Part shown: positions 52,401 through 64,000 of the stretch, one piece after another | Layout: the number at the start of each line of letters is the position of its first letter | Numbering within the stretch: the first letter of the stretch is position 1 | Assembly: GCA_951406725.2 (NCBI GenBank) | Contig: OX597823.1 | Location: forward strand, 50,282,001-50,346,000 | Direction: 5' to 3' | Source: Octopus vulgaris | Lineage: Eukaryota | DNA length: 64,000 nt | Program-made: the position numbers and the translations under genes | The notes under the pieces: generated by a model | Seen by the model: only the letters and a program-made list of their open reading frames with translations | Database searches by the model: none | Told to the model about the DNA's origin: nothing

Positions 52401-54351
52401 ATCAACCCCAGGACTTATTCTTTGTAAGCCTAGTACTTATCCTCATGGTCTCTTTTGCCAAACTGCTAGGTTACGGGGACATAAACATACCAGCATCACT
52501 TGTCAAGTGATAGTGATGGTGGTGGGGAACACAAATAAAGACACACACACATGCTAACATATACAATGGGCTTCTTTCAATTTCTGCCTACCAAATCCAC
52601 TTACAAGGTCTTGGTTGGCCCAAGGCTATAGTGAAAGACACTTGCTCAAAATGCCCCTCGGTGGGACTGAACCTTGAACTATGTGGTTGGGAAGCAAGCT
52701 TCTTACCAGACAGTAATGCCTGCACCTAGTATTTTGAAATGTTATGTTCATGAATTTGTTTTGTAAGATTCCTGATGTGAAATCGTGTATTGAAACAAAT
52801 ATTGTTATATAAAGTTGTCCCAAAAGTTCGTAGAAAGTCTTGGAAAATAATGGTCTTTATTTTGAGGAATAATTTTTGTTGTTTTTGTTAGTACTTAGCA
52901 AGTAAAAATTCAATTTTCGCAAGTGTTTACGAACTTTTGGGACAACCTAATATTTCAGGATGGTCGGTTTTTTTTTCTTGCCATATGCACTTTGTATTTG
53001 TTTTCCATTCATTTATTATTGTTCTTATTTTATCTTATGTCCATTTCACACATTAGTGACCTTTTCAGCTACTCTTTCATCCACGTGTTTCCTCCTGTTC
53101 TGTTTAGTCCATCCTGCAATACTTTGAAATGCATTTTCATTAAAGGTACAAAAATAAAATATCTGATTCCACTGTTATTCCTGTTTCAGTTGTGGGATTC
53201 TCGGAAGAGAGGAGCTGTGCAGACTTTTCAGAATGTTTATCAAGTTACTTCTGTCACATTTAGTGACACTGCTGAACAAATCATTTCTGGGGGTATTGAC
53301 AACGACATCAAAGTTTGGGATTTAAGGAAGAATGATATCTTATATCGTTTAAGAGGTCACACAGATACACCGACAGGCTTGGAGTTAAGTCCTGATGGCT
53401 CTTACTTATTATCCAATGGCATGGATGGTACTGGTAAGTAATGTCCTTTTATTTTTAACATAGATGATATGAAAATTGTGCAGTATTTTGTTGAAGCTAT
53501 GTTTTTGTTGCTGTGCAGTGTGTCTTCGTGATAATTTTTAGTTTAGGTTATTCTGTCAAATGTAATGCTTAACATAAATCCTTGAGTATAATACGCAGGG
53601 TATTTTTAGGGGGCTGTACTTCTGAAAAACCTAAACCATGCGTATAATACGCACCCCTTCTCTAATTTGAGTCAAGGAGGTCTATATAACGTCCTTGGTT
53701 TGTAAAAATGCATACGGTAACATACTTTATTATTGTATATATAACATAATGCAAATGTGTAGCTTTTTTGTGCAGAAAATAAAGAAATAACAGTAATAAC
53801 GTTTAATAAATGTTGTTTATTGCAAGTTATGGATGATTCTTTTATGACTTCATTGCTTTCAGGCTTAGCTTAAGGTATTTTTGCACCCGACATCACAAAA
53901 TGCGTCTGAATAAACATTGCTGTTCTGTCTGTGTGTCTTCTAGGATCTCGGGAATCCTCCATCTGATTGCGCTCAAATTTGATATGTAGATACTGACGGT
54001 ATCAGGGCGTTTATAAGTCTTGAAAAAATTACAAAAATCGATTCCATGTGAGAATGCGATTGATAAAGCCGTGGTAACATGCATTTGTACGTGCAAGTAC
54101 ATCAGCTGTTGTGATGTACTTACTGGTATGTTAAACTCTTCAGTTGCATATTTGTGTGAATAAAATCGTTTTTCTTTGGAATAGAAAAAAAGTCTATCTT
54201 TATTTCTTCTTTTGCTGGTGTCTCAAATTTAGGTTAAATCAGTGTTTCTCAAAGGGGAGGCCTATGGGATGGTCGGACAAGTTGTTTTGAGAAAATTTGG
54301 TTTAAATGTTTGACAACTCAGCACTGTCCATTGGACAGGGACGTTTTGCTC

Positions 54352-54387
<36 letters not shown>

Positions 54388-57300
54388 TCAACATCCACAA
54401 GTAATTACACACACACTGTAATTACTTGTGGGTGTTGACACTATTCCACTTGAGCAAAATGGCAAGTGAAGTTTATAAAGTCTTACCTGCATTATGACTG
54501 GTCACTATGCACTTTCAGTGCATTGGGGAATAAAGAATTCCTTACTTATAAAATAGGTATGGGTTGACGATGAGACGAGCATGTGACCACAAAACTTTGC
54601 CTCGGATACATTACCCCCTTCCCTGTTTCCAACCAATGTATGGAAAAATGGTCGTTAAACAAATCCTGCTTTTCCACCTCACTTGCTGGTAAGATGGCAA
54701 TGATCTTAGTTGGGGATTGAATTATCCATTACACTTTGTGTAACAGAATTAAACTTCAGTATAACTTGCATAACAAGTAAAGCAATAGCTTTCTGTATGT
54801 TTTTCTGAATTTTAAAATGTAGATCTTTTGGTTTTACATGTAAAGTGATAAAATAATTTTGTTTTATTTTTAGTGTCTCAAAGTCAGAAGGATAGAGAAC
54901 TACTTTAGTCATATGACTTAACGCTTTTGTTAGCCTATATATCATAGGCAGAGTGGTAATGTGATATGGGAGACAACTCCTTGTATTTACAACTTTTAAA
55001 TGATGTCAAACCCTGTACTGTCATTTTTAAAACAGCTGTATCTCATCTTGTCTCACCGACCCAGTAATCCATCATTATACTATATCTCATGAAATATATG
55101 AAGCATAGGTGTTTCATAAATATATTTTTCAATTTAGATCTTATTTTAGTATATAATTGGTAACCTTAGATTGAACAATAACTTTGTTTAGATGTTTGAA
55201 ATTTTGATTTTGTAGCTTATATACAATGCCAAAGTTGAAACTAAGTGGAAAAAACGAATCCATTTTACTGTTTTCGTGATCTCACTTTTAATCTCATTTG
55301 ATTTTTTTTTTTCATACTGCCTTTGTAAACCTACACAAAAATACTTTAAAAAATATGAGCTTATTCTTTTATTTTGATAAATTATAAATACATTACTTAA
55401 ATATTTGATATTTGGATTGGAATGTATTTGATTGGAGTTGAGTGATTTCTGGCTAAGTTTCATTACACTTCATTACCACTATTTTCTCTCCTCTCTTTTC
55501 CAGCTGGGATAGCCATGTATCTCCTCCACAGGAATACACCTGTTTCTGTCCTCCTATCATACTTCCATCAGACACAAAGCCACCTCCCTAAATACTCACT
55601 CCATGTTTCATTTGAGGGTTCTTAGTCTTGCTAGTTACTTGGCGACTTCATTGGTGTCAGAAGCACCTAGTACACTTTGTAATGTGGTCGGCATTAGGAA
55701 GGACATCCAGTCATAGAAACTATGCCAAAGCAGACAGAGCTGGACATTGTCCTTGCTCAACATTCCTAACAAACCATCTAACCCTTGCCAGCATGGGAAA
55801 TGGACATTAAATGGTGTTGCCTCTTAATATTCCCATCAAAAACTTCAAGGTTCATATCACATTGTTTGCTTAACTATTTCTCTAAATGAAGTACTAGTTT
55901 ACAGATTTTCCTTACAAAGCTGATTACAAAAGTGATTAAGTAATTTTTCCTCTTATTTTCATTCCTGTCCTATTCTACTTGTTTTATGTTTAAACTGGCC
56001 AAATCTGGCCTCTTACACTTACCCTACAATATCATTCTAAAAATATACAATCACATCAGGTCTACAAGATAATACATGGTTAATACAAAACTACATAAAT
56101 AAGCATTACACTTGATAGGGTAATCTGAACGCTAAAGGTTTAAATAACATTAAATCATGGGCTAAAAATTGGTATGTGCTATTTATTAATTACTTCTTAT
56201 AGTTAATTTATTTTAATTTAGGTGTTTTCAGTTTTTCTTTCCTTTTTTCCAGTGCGAATTTGGGATGTACGACCATTTGCGCCTCAGGAGCGATGTCTGA
56301 AATTGTTTCAGGGACATCAACATAGCTTTGAGAAAGTAAGATGTTTATACTTCCTTATTGATACAGTTTGTCAATTTGCATGCTTCATGGTCATTCATGA
56401 CCACTGTACATACATTTGCTATTAAAGACTATTGTATGGTTGTAGAAGCAATTAGTGCCAACTACTTCTACTCAATCAGTCTCTCAACTGAAACTTTTAC
56501 CTGGTTTGGATAACCCTGACATTAGGCAAATATGCCATACTTATACTATTTGTGGCTTCAAAATATGGAAACCTCCCTAACTCAACAAGTTAAACTGACA
56601 AGCAGGAAAGACATAGTTATCATTGCTATTAAGTACCCATAGGTGCAGGCACAGCTGTGTGTTAAGAAGTTTGCTTCCCAACCACATGGTTCCAGGTTCA
56701 ATCGCATTGCATGGCACCTTGGGCAAGTGTCTTCTTCTATAGCCTCAGGCCAACCAAAGCCTTGTGAGTGGATTTGATAGACGGAAACTGAAAGAAGTCT
56801 GTTGTATATGGGTGTGTGTGTGTTTGCATCCCCATCACTGCTTGACAGCTGGTGTTGGTGTGTTTATGTCCCTGTAAATTAGCGGTTCAGCAAAAGTGAC
56901 CAATATAATAAGTCCTGGGGTTGATTTGTTTGACTAAAACCCTTCAAGGCAGTGCTCCAGCATGGCCGCAATCAAATGATTGGAACAAATAAAAAGATAG
57001 ATAGCTATGTTTGAGCAACAGAATTTTTGGCATGGATTTAGTTGATCACATATTTTGAAACAAACGTATCCAGCACTCTGGTTTTAATATACATTTCTGT
57101 TAGCACATTTGTTTCTAATTCCTTAGTAATTCAGCCTTAAATTTTGATTGGCTAAAATTAAAAGCCTGTGTAAAATGCATTATCTTTATTAGATGTGGAA
57201 TACCCTACACTTAATGAGGATTTACATGTTTATTAGGTCAGCCATTTTTTCTATACAATTTCAAATTCAACTTTCTGTTTCAATGTGAATCATCTTCTCA

Positions 57301-60300
57301 ATTTAGTTGAGTTTTAACAAGCATTATTTTACTTTCGTTGTATTATGCCAGTCACTGCCTACTTCAGTAAATTCACTTTCTGGTTCATAGAACAAAACAT
57401 TGCCAGTTTTTTAAACTGCTTAGGAAGAAGGGGCAGTGCCCATGACATTTTACAGAATCTTCCAGACTGATGTAAAGGAAGGAGAATATCATCAATGAAC
57501 TCAGAAGGCAAAGTGCCAGTGCAATAACTTCAAATTACCTCTGAAATCAATTTTCTATTGCTCCTTCACAGGAATAGCATGAACCTGATTTCATATAGTC
57601 ACACTACTACTACTACTACAATCATCATCATCATTGCCATAACACTCCGGCAGAGTCAGATGCAAATATTTTAGTCACTGTTGTGTGTGTCACAGAAGAG
57701 TAGCTTCACTTTTCTATAACGACAGTTTATTCACAACATACTTGACTCATTGATGCAAGGGATTCTGGGACATTGGTTTTTAACAAATTTTCTCATCAGC
57801 AACAAGGATCCAGACTGTTAAGCTTATATATATAAGTCACTGGCTTTGTTTATAATTTCAGCTAACAAAACTATTTGCTGATCAGTGCTGATCTCTGCCA
57901 ACCAATAAAAACTATTTGCAGTGTACAATGAAACCTGAAGTGATGATATAGAAATCGTTGTTTCAGATTTCGCTGTACTCAGTGCAAATAATGATTTTTT
58001 AAAATCTACAATTAAATTAATTTAGGATTATCCATTCCATTTCTCAGCCATATTGCAAGTGCTAGAGTGTGAATTTGGTTCTTTATCAACTATTGTTGAA
58101 TATATGTCAGTTTTTAATATTTCTCATTCGTTGCAGAACTTACTGAGATGTTCTTGGTCATCTGATGGGCGTAAGATCTCTGCTGGCTCCGGTGATCGAT
58201 TTGTATATATTTGGGATACAGCAACACGACAGATTTTGTACAAATTACCGGGTCACACTGGCTCTGTGAATGAAGTAGACTTTCACCCTCATGAACCAAT
58301 TGGTAAATATATTTTTTATCATTTATATAATAGTCTGCTTGTTTATTTGCCTGTTATACTTTAGTTTGTTAGAGAGGTGGATTGAGTGAGATGTGGAGTT
58401 AAAGTGAGAGAGAAAGGGGGAGGAGTTTGAGTAGAGAAGAAAGGAGGAAGAAGTAGAGAAAGATATATAATAAGGCCAAATGTGTAATGTGGTTAGTTGA
58501 AGTGAAAGAAAAAGACAGCGAGAGAATAGAGGGAGAGAGAAGTGTTAATGACATGCTGTTGGGTGGGGAGGGAAAGGTGAAGAGAAAGAGAGAAATGTTA
58601 AAGACACGAAGAGGGAAATGACAAGGTTAAAACGTTTGTTGAAGAGAAAAAGAAATATAAAGTATTAGCAGAGAGAAATTTCAAAATCATATACAGGGTA
58701 GCCTAAAAGTAGGTTTACAGTTATTCAACTATCTCTTTTGCATTCATATATTAGCAGTTTAGATCTTAATTATAAAAATATGGAAACCATTATTCTATGC
58801 TAATTTAGTTAATTTTGTCAAGCTTCCTTTGCAGTTTGTAAGATAGAAATTTAAATGTAATAAAATGCTTTAAAAGACATTTAAAGTGCCTACATGATAA
58901 CTGTAAACCTACTTTTGGGCCACCCTGTATATGATTGTGACTGAAAGAGAAATAACTTTGCAAAATAAAAATGCAAATTATCCTTTCTTTTTTAAATAGC
59001 TTCTGTTAATCTTTTTCATTCTGTGGAATTTTCATGGGTCCCGCTAGTATTTCATAATAAAACTATAATTATTTAAAATACTTTTTTTAAAAATCTGAGT
59101 TTAAAAATACACTCGGGCATTAAATGATGATAATGATGTCAGATACACACATAACTTTATAAATAAAATTATGTATCTGACATAACTTTATAAATTAAGT
59201 TATGTCAGATACATAATTTTATTTATAAAGTTATGTATGTATCTGACATCATTATCATCATTTAATGCCCGTTTTCCATGCTGACATGGGTAGGACATTT
59301 GTTAGAGACTGGCAAGTCAGAAGACTTCACTAAGCTTGGCTGACTGTTTTGGTATGGTTTTTATGGCTGGATGCTCTTCCTAATGCCAACCACTCTACAG
59401 ATTGTACTGGGTACTTTTATGTGGCACCAGCACTGGTGAGGTCAACCAAATAACTGTGTGTGTATAAATGTAACTATAAAAGTATTGAACCTTCTTTCTG
59501 ATTATGAACCATTATTCTTTCTGCTACAAAAATATTATATATATATTAGTTGAACTGTTAATTTGGTTTCTTGTCAAATAATCTGCAGTCTTTAATAGTA
59601 ACTATAATAAAATCAGTAGTTTTTGTGTGTGGGTGTGGCTATGAAGTTTGCTTCCCAACCACATGGTTTTGGGTTCAAATTACTATAGCTCTGCACTAAC
59701 CGAACCCTTCTAAGTGGATTTGGTGGACAGCAACTGAAAGGAGTCCATCTAGCTCTATCTACCAGTATATCTATCATCATCATTTAAAGTCTGCTTTCCT
59801 TGCTGGCATGGGTTGAATGGTTTGACATGGCTAACAGAGAGCTATCTATATTCCAACTGTTATGCAGCACCTGTACAGGTGCGTTAACACAACACTGGCA
59901 CAGGTATTTCTTAAGTGGTACTGGCACTTGAAAGGACAAGCCTGTGTGGAAGACAGTGATTTTACTTAGCTTGACATGTCTTATCAGGTACAGCAAAATG
60001 CCACATCTCCCAGTTCCTTGTCATTTCCTCAGTGAGGTCCAGCATCTGAAGATCCTTTCTCACCACTTCATCCCATGTTTCCCTGAGTCTACCCCTTCCA
60101 CAGGTACCCTTTACAATTAGAGCTTGGCACTTCTTTACGCAGCTGTCCTCATCCACATATATATAATAAATCTAAGCAGTTTCCTCTAGATCTGTCTGTT
60201 GTTCACATGTAATATGTTACATCATGAATATAATTGGTTGTGTACCTGAATCATGTATTTTTGAAATACCGCCTCCATTCTTAGGCTTACTATGTGTATG

Positions 60301-62305
60301 TATATATTTATATATATATAACTCAGGAATAAAAATGGAGGAAAAAACAATAGCAATTCTAAGTTAATGTATTGGGTCATCCCATAAATAATGTGCTTTT
60401 TTTTATACTTTTACTTTTCAAAATTAAGAACAAAGTTCATTTTTAATCTAAAATATACTCTCTATTTTCTACAATGCTCATCCATGTATCTGGTAGACTA
60501 GCAAGGCCCTTCTTCCAAAATTCCCTTGTCTGTGATGAAAAATACTCCTCTAGTACTGTTCTGACCTCATCTGCAGAATTCATATTTTTACTGTTCAAAT
60601 AATTTTGAAGACTGGAATAAATGATAATCTGGTGAATATAGTGGGTGGGGCATCATTTACCATTCAAACTGCTCCAGCCTTTGGAATGTCATCCTCGCTG
60701 TGTGTGGCCAAACACTATCCTGATGGAATAACACCTTTCATCTTGAAACCAAAAATGGTCGTTTTTTTTTCAAGCATTGACTTAAGCCACTCAAACTGCT
60801 CACAGTAGATCTCCTTTGCTATCATTTGGTTTGGGTTTACAAGTTTAAAGTGGATTAAACCTTCATATTCCACCAACAGATAACAAGGTGAAGACCTTCT
60901 TTAGCCTGGGATGCCTGTGATTCTCTTTTTCCCATTATCTTCGGTGTTTAACATTTTTATAGAGAAACCATTTCTCATCACCAGTCACTATTTTGTTCAA
61001 AAAAGGTTCATTCATGAGATGTGACAGCAAAGAAGAACAAACATTCACTCTCTGCACACGATTAGAATTGGAAAGTTTGTGAGGAACCCATTGACCCAAT
61101 TTGCTGACTTTTCTGATGGCATGCAGGTGGCGATGAATGGTTGAATGACCAAATCCAGGCTTTTCTGCTAGTTCCTCTACAGTTACGATGGGATTTTGTT
61201 TCACCAGGGTTTGCAGGATGTCCTCGATCTGTACAGATCTTCTAGGCTGTAGTTTCTGGCTTGGAATTTCTGGAACCACCATTGACACTGGCTTATGCTT
61301 ATTATCCTATCCCCATATACAGCATTAAATATTCCTTGCACCTTCCATTGCATTGTTGCCTTTATTGAACTCATAAAGCAAAATATGTCGAATATGCACC
61401 TTTGTCACTTCTATTATAGCTTTGAAAAAATATCTGTTAAAATCGAACTGCACTCTTCAAAACTTGCACTAAGAATAAGGTAAAATTACTACCTGCTTTT
61501 ATAGCAAGTTGATGCAGGTAGTTTATCTCACCCCCTCTAACTTTTAGTTCATGCAATTGACAAAAAACCACATTATTTATGGGATGACCCAATATTATGC
61601 TGTGAAGAAGAGATACTGGCATTTTAGACAGTTATCTTTTATCAAAAATAGAAGGAAGCAAAAGTGAGGAAAAAGACATCTTCTAGAAGAAAAAATGTGT
61701 AATGCAGTGTTATTAAGAATGAAGCTAGTAATTAATGGTAAGCAGATTTATCATCACTTAAATTCTGTTTTCCATGCTGCCCTGGATTGGATGGTTTGAT
61801 AAATTCCAGCAAACTGCAATGTCAGCTTTAGCTTGATTTCTACAGCAGCATGCCCTTCCTAATGCCAACCACTTTACCATGGGTAGTGGTTGCTTTTTTT
61901 TTTTTTTCATGCCATTGGTAACTTGCAAGAAAAGAAAAGTAGAGCAGAAGGAAAAGGAAAAAGCTCCACCCCTCGATTAAGTGGGAGGGATATCAAAAGG
62001 TTGAGAGGTGTATTGCTATAGAGTAGATGCATGAGTACCCTACATTATATAGGGATGGGTGTAAGTAGCTGGAAAGAATATAGAGATGATGGTGACTAGA
62101 TGCCAGAGCATTTCAGAATAAACAGTGCTATGTGGGGAAGAAGTAGCAGATGGTCATAAATCAATTAGATTTTGAGGTTTCTGTTAAGGGATGCTGCTTT
62201 AGATGGAGTAATCACAGTTGTATTTCATAATATATTTTCATGTTTTCTTTTTCAGTTATGTCATGTTCAAGTGACAAGAAAATCTACCTTGGTGAAATAG
62301 CTTGA
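42828..62305 (+). CDS. SNRNP40: U5 snRNP 40 kDa WD40 protein (WDR57), 8 coding exons, ~345 aa after removing one extra base in exon 4
   Basis: Spliced translation MDLKRK...PRTSNLEAPIMLLTGHEGDIF...WNVYGECDN...VRIWDVRPFAPQERC...HSFEKNLLRCSWS...ILYKLPGH...SSDKKIYLGEI matches SNRNP40. All introns are GT-AG, and phases agree except at exon 4/5. Confidence 0.95.
46001..46130 (+). CDS. SNRNP40: SNRNP40 exon 2
   Basis: Acceptor ttttttcag; GIPRTSNLEAPIMLLTGHEGDIFTGKFSPDGRFLATSGFDRMI; donor gtaagt. Confidence 0.95.
47849..47942 (+). CDS. SNRNP40: SNRNP40 exon 3
   Basis: Acceptor cattgtag; FWNVYGECDNLGVLRGHTGAVMEVHFSTDG; donor gtgagt. Confidence 0.95.
48738..48904 (+). CDS. SNRNP40: SNRNP40 exon 4 (one apparent extra A at 48895-48896)
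   Basis: Acceptor tttgcag; QLFTASTDKNLAIWDVEAGARIKKLKGHQDFVNSCCPARRGPQLICSGADDG; donor aag/gtttgt; 167 nt where 166 keeps frame. Confidence 0.9.
49230..49676 (+). mobile_element. SINE family A (intronic, CpG-depleted)
   Basis: Same head and tail. Confidence 0.8.
51103..51620. mobile_element. hAT-type non-autonomous element
   Basis: cagaggtgggaaac / gtttcctcacccctg ends with gcgggc subterminal motifs. Confidence 0.6.
52328..52727 (-). mobile_element. SINE family A (intronic)
   Basis: Same head and tail. Confidence 0.82.
52812..52948. mobile_element. Short Tc1/mariner-type MITE
   Basis: Inverted repeats gttgtcccaaaagttcgta / tacgaacttttgggacaac. Confidence 0.7.
53190..53433 (+). CDS. SNRNP40: SNRNP40 exon 5
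   Basis: Acceptor ctgtttcag; LWDSRKRGAVQTFQNVYQVTSV...LRGHTDTPTGLELSPDGSYLLSNGMDGT; donor gtaagt. Confidence 0.95.
56253..56335 (+). CDS. SNRNP40: SNRNP40 exon 6
   Basis: Acceptor ttttttccag; RIWDVRPFAPQERCLKLFQGHQHSFEK; donor gtaaga. Confidence 0.95.
56640..56998 (+). mobile_element. SINE family A (intronic)
   Basis: Same head and tail. Confidence 0.82.
58137..58302 (+). CDS. SNRNP40: SNRNP40 exon 7
   Basis: Acceptor ttgcag; NLLRCSWSSDGRKISAGSGDRFVYIWDTATRQILYKLPGHTGSVNEVDFHPHEPI; donor gtaaat. Confidence 0.95.
58694..58927. mobile_element. Tc1/mariner MITE
   Basis: TIRs cagggt(a/g)gcc(t/c)aaaagtaggtttacagttat, TA TSD. Confidence 0.85.
59114..59271. repeat. Near-perfect palindrome, 75-bp arms, 8-nt loop
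   Basis: 74 of 75 positions complementary by direct reading. Confidence 0.93.
59775..60156 (-). mobile_element. RTE/RTEX-like LINE 3' end
   Basis: MDEDSCVKKC...GRGRLRETWDEVVRKDL, with a (GAT)n tail. Confidence 0.7.
60372..61592 (-). mobile_element. Decayed mariner transposon in SNRNP40 intron 7
   Basis: TIRs ttgggtcatcccataaataatgtg at both ends, TA TSD; WVPHKLS and IVTGDEKW motifs in ORF 60935-61288. Confidence 0.92.
62256..62305 (+). CDS. SNRNP40: SNRNP40 exon 8 (last coding exon)
   Basis: Acceptor tttttcag; MSCSSDKKIYLGEIA then TGA at 62303-62305. Confidence 0.93.
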
Positions 62306-62491
62306 AGATATTAAATTTTCATTCATGTGGTTTAAGAGGTTAAAAAGAAAAAGATCCTCATTTTGTCTCGACTGTTCATATGTCACTCATTTATTTCTTA
62401 TCAATGCCTTGTCCCTCTCTTGTCAGTTTGAAACATTCTCACAGACAATATTACTTATCCCTTTTATGTAACAGAAGCAGTATTAGATTAA

Positions 62492-62795
62492 AATAAATAG
62501 CCATCTATGTATCATACTTAATGTAAATACATTCTTGAAAGGCGAATTTACTGTGGTATTTGTCTGGAGGCAACATCTCTAATGAATGTGTTGTGCTGGA
62601 AAATGCAATATATGTTAGATGCAGACAAAAATCGCCCTAGCAGGAGCTAGTGAGAACATTCGATACATTTCTGCCTCATTGAGCATTGTCAATAGCATAT
62701 ATTCACAATCAGATGCTTGTTAAGACAAAAATTTTCACCACCTAATATATAGGAAAACAGTGAATAAACACTGATGTTACAAATAGCTCAATAAA
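62492..62795 (+). terminator. Candidate polyadenylation signals for SNRNP40
   Basis: AATAAA at 62492, 62763 and 62790 downstream of the stop; which one is used is unknown. Confidence 0.4.
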
Positions 62796-63697
62796 AATCT
62801 GTTATATGGAACAGGATAGTAGATTAAAATAGTAATTTATGTATCATACTTCATGTAAACATGTATTTATATTATGATACATAGATTTTTTAAACATAGT
62901 TATATAGCTTTCTGCTCTGTTATTGTATATTTGAGGTAAAATAGTGGTGGAATTGCAGTGCTTGATCAACACATCGTCATAGGTTCCTGTTTTACAACAG
63001 TCAAGGTGTTGTGTTCCTCATTAAGAAATTTGTGGCTCCTACTGCTCTGTTGAGCAGTTGGGAATAAGAAAGGCATTTATGTTTCAACATAATCCATCCA
63101 TGGGAGCAGAGTAAAATAGCTGTCATATGCAGGTTTAAATCCTTATGGTAAATGGGAATGAAACGTTTGAAAATGAGATAACTGTAACTATTCTACTAGT
63201 GATTTATACTATGTACTGGATATAAGCTTGGTAAAAATAAATTTCTAACTGATATATAACCTGTTACATATACTAAGGCAGTCATACACCAATTAGAAAT
63301 TATGATTTCATCTGCAACTTTTTTTTTCTATCCTTTATCTCTGTCATATAATTTCATTTCACCACCACCTTATTGCAAACTGAATACTGATGTGTGAGCT
63401 TCCTATGTCGAACCAACACAAAATATTTTCAAGTATTTACAATTATTTTTTTAATAAAACATTTGAAACAAAATAAAAAAAACAAACAAAACTCACCAGA
63501 TCTCTTGTTAATTTTTTTTCATCATGTACTTGTTTCAGTGATAGAGTTGCAGCCTTCAAGGGTTTCTTCAAACAAATTGACCCCAGTACTTAATATTTTA
63601 AGTCTAATACTTTATTGTGTTGATTTGCTAAGGTATGGGGATGTAAACAAACCATCACTGGTTGTCAAGTGATGGGGGAACAAACAGAAAACACACA

Positions 63698-63752
<55 letters not shown>

Positions 63753-64000
63753 GCATGTTGCTTAGTGGTTAGGAATGTTCAACTTACAATCATATGGTTG
63801 TGAGTTCAATTCCTGATGGCACGTTTTGTCCTGGAGCAAGACACTTTATTTCATATTTGTTCCAGTCCACTCAGCTGAAATGGAGAGTTGCTGAAGAGAT
63901 CACAAAGATTTCCAGGCAAAGGATATAAAAATAAGAACAATAATTAATCTGAAGTGATGAACAAATATTATAGTGCAGGTGTTTATTTGGTGCAAAAAAA

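Overview
AT-rich, repeat-dense animal genomic DNA. The SINE, mariner and Helitron repertoire looks like octopus/cephalopod (inference). The only clear protein gene is an 8-exon SNRNP40 (U5 snRNP 40 kDa WD40 protein) on + at 42828-62305. As written it has a 1-nt frameshift at the end of exon 4. The first ~42 kb has no clear gene. It contains tRNA-type SINEs, Helitrons, MITEs, mariner/Tc1, LINE and Gypsy relics, several long hairpins, and a diverged local repeat family in both orientations. The most notable signals are a type I hammerhead ribozyme with a U3-A8 core inside a 335-bp terminally repeated retrozyme-like unit (21204-21572), and an inverted pair of SINE-like elements each carrying a degenerate hammerhead motif (34781-35274). 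All coordinates and alignments were read by eye; no searches or folding were run.
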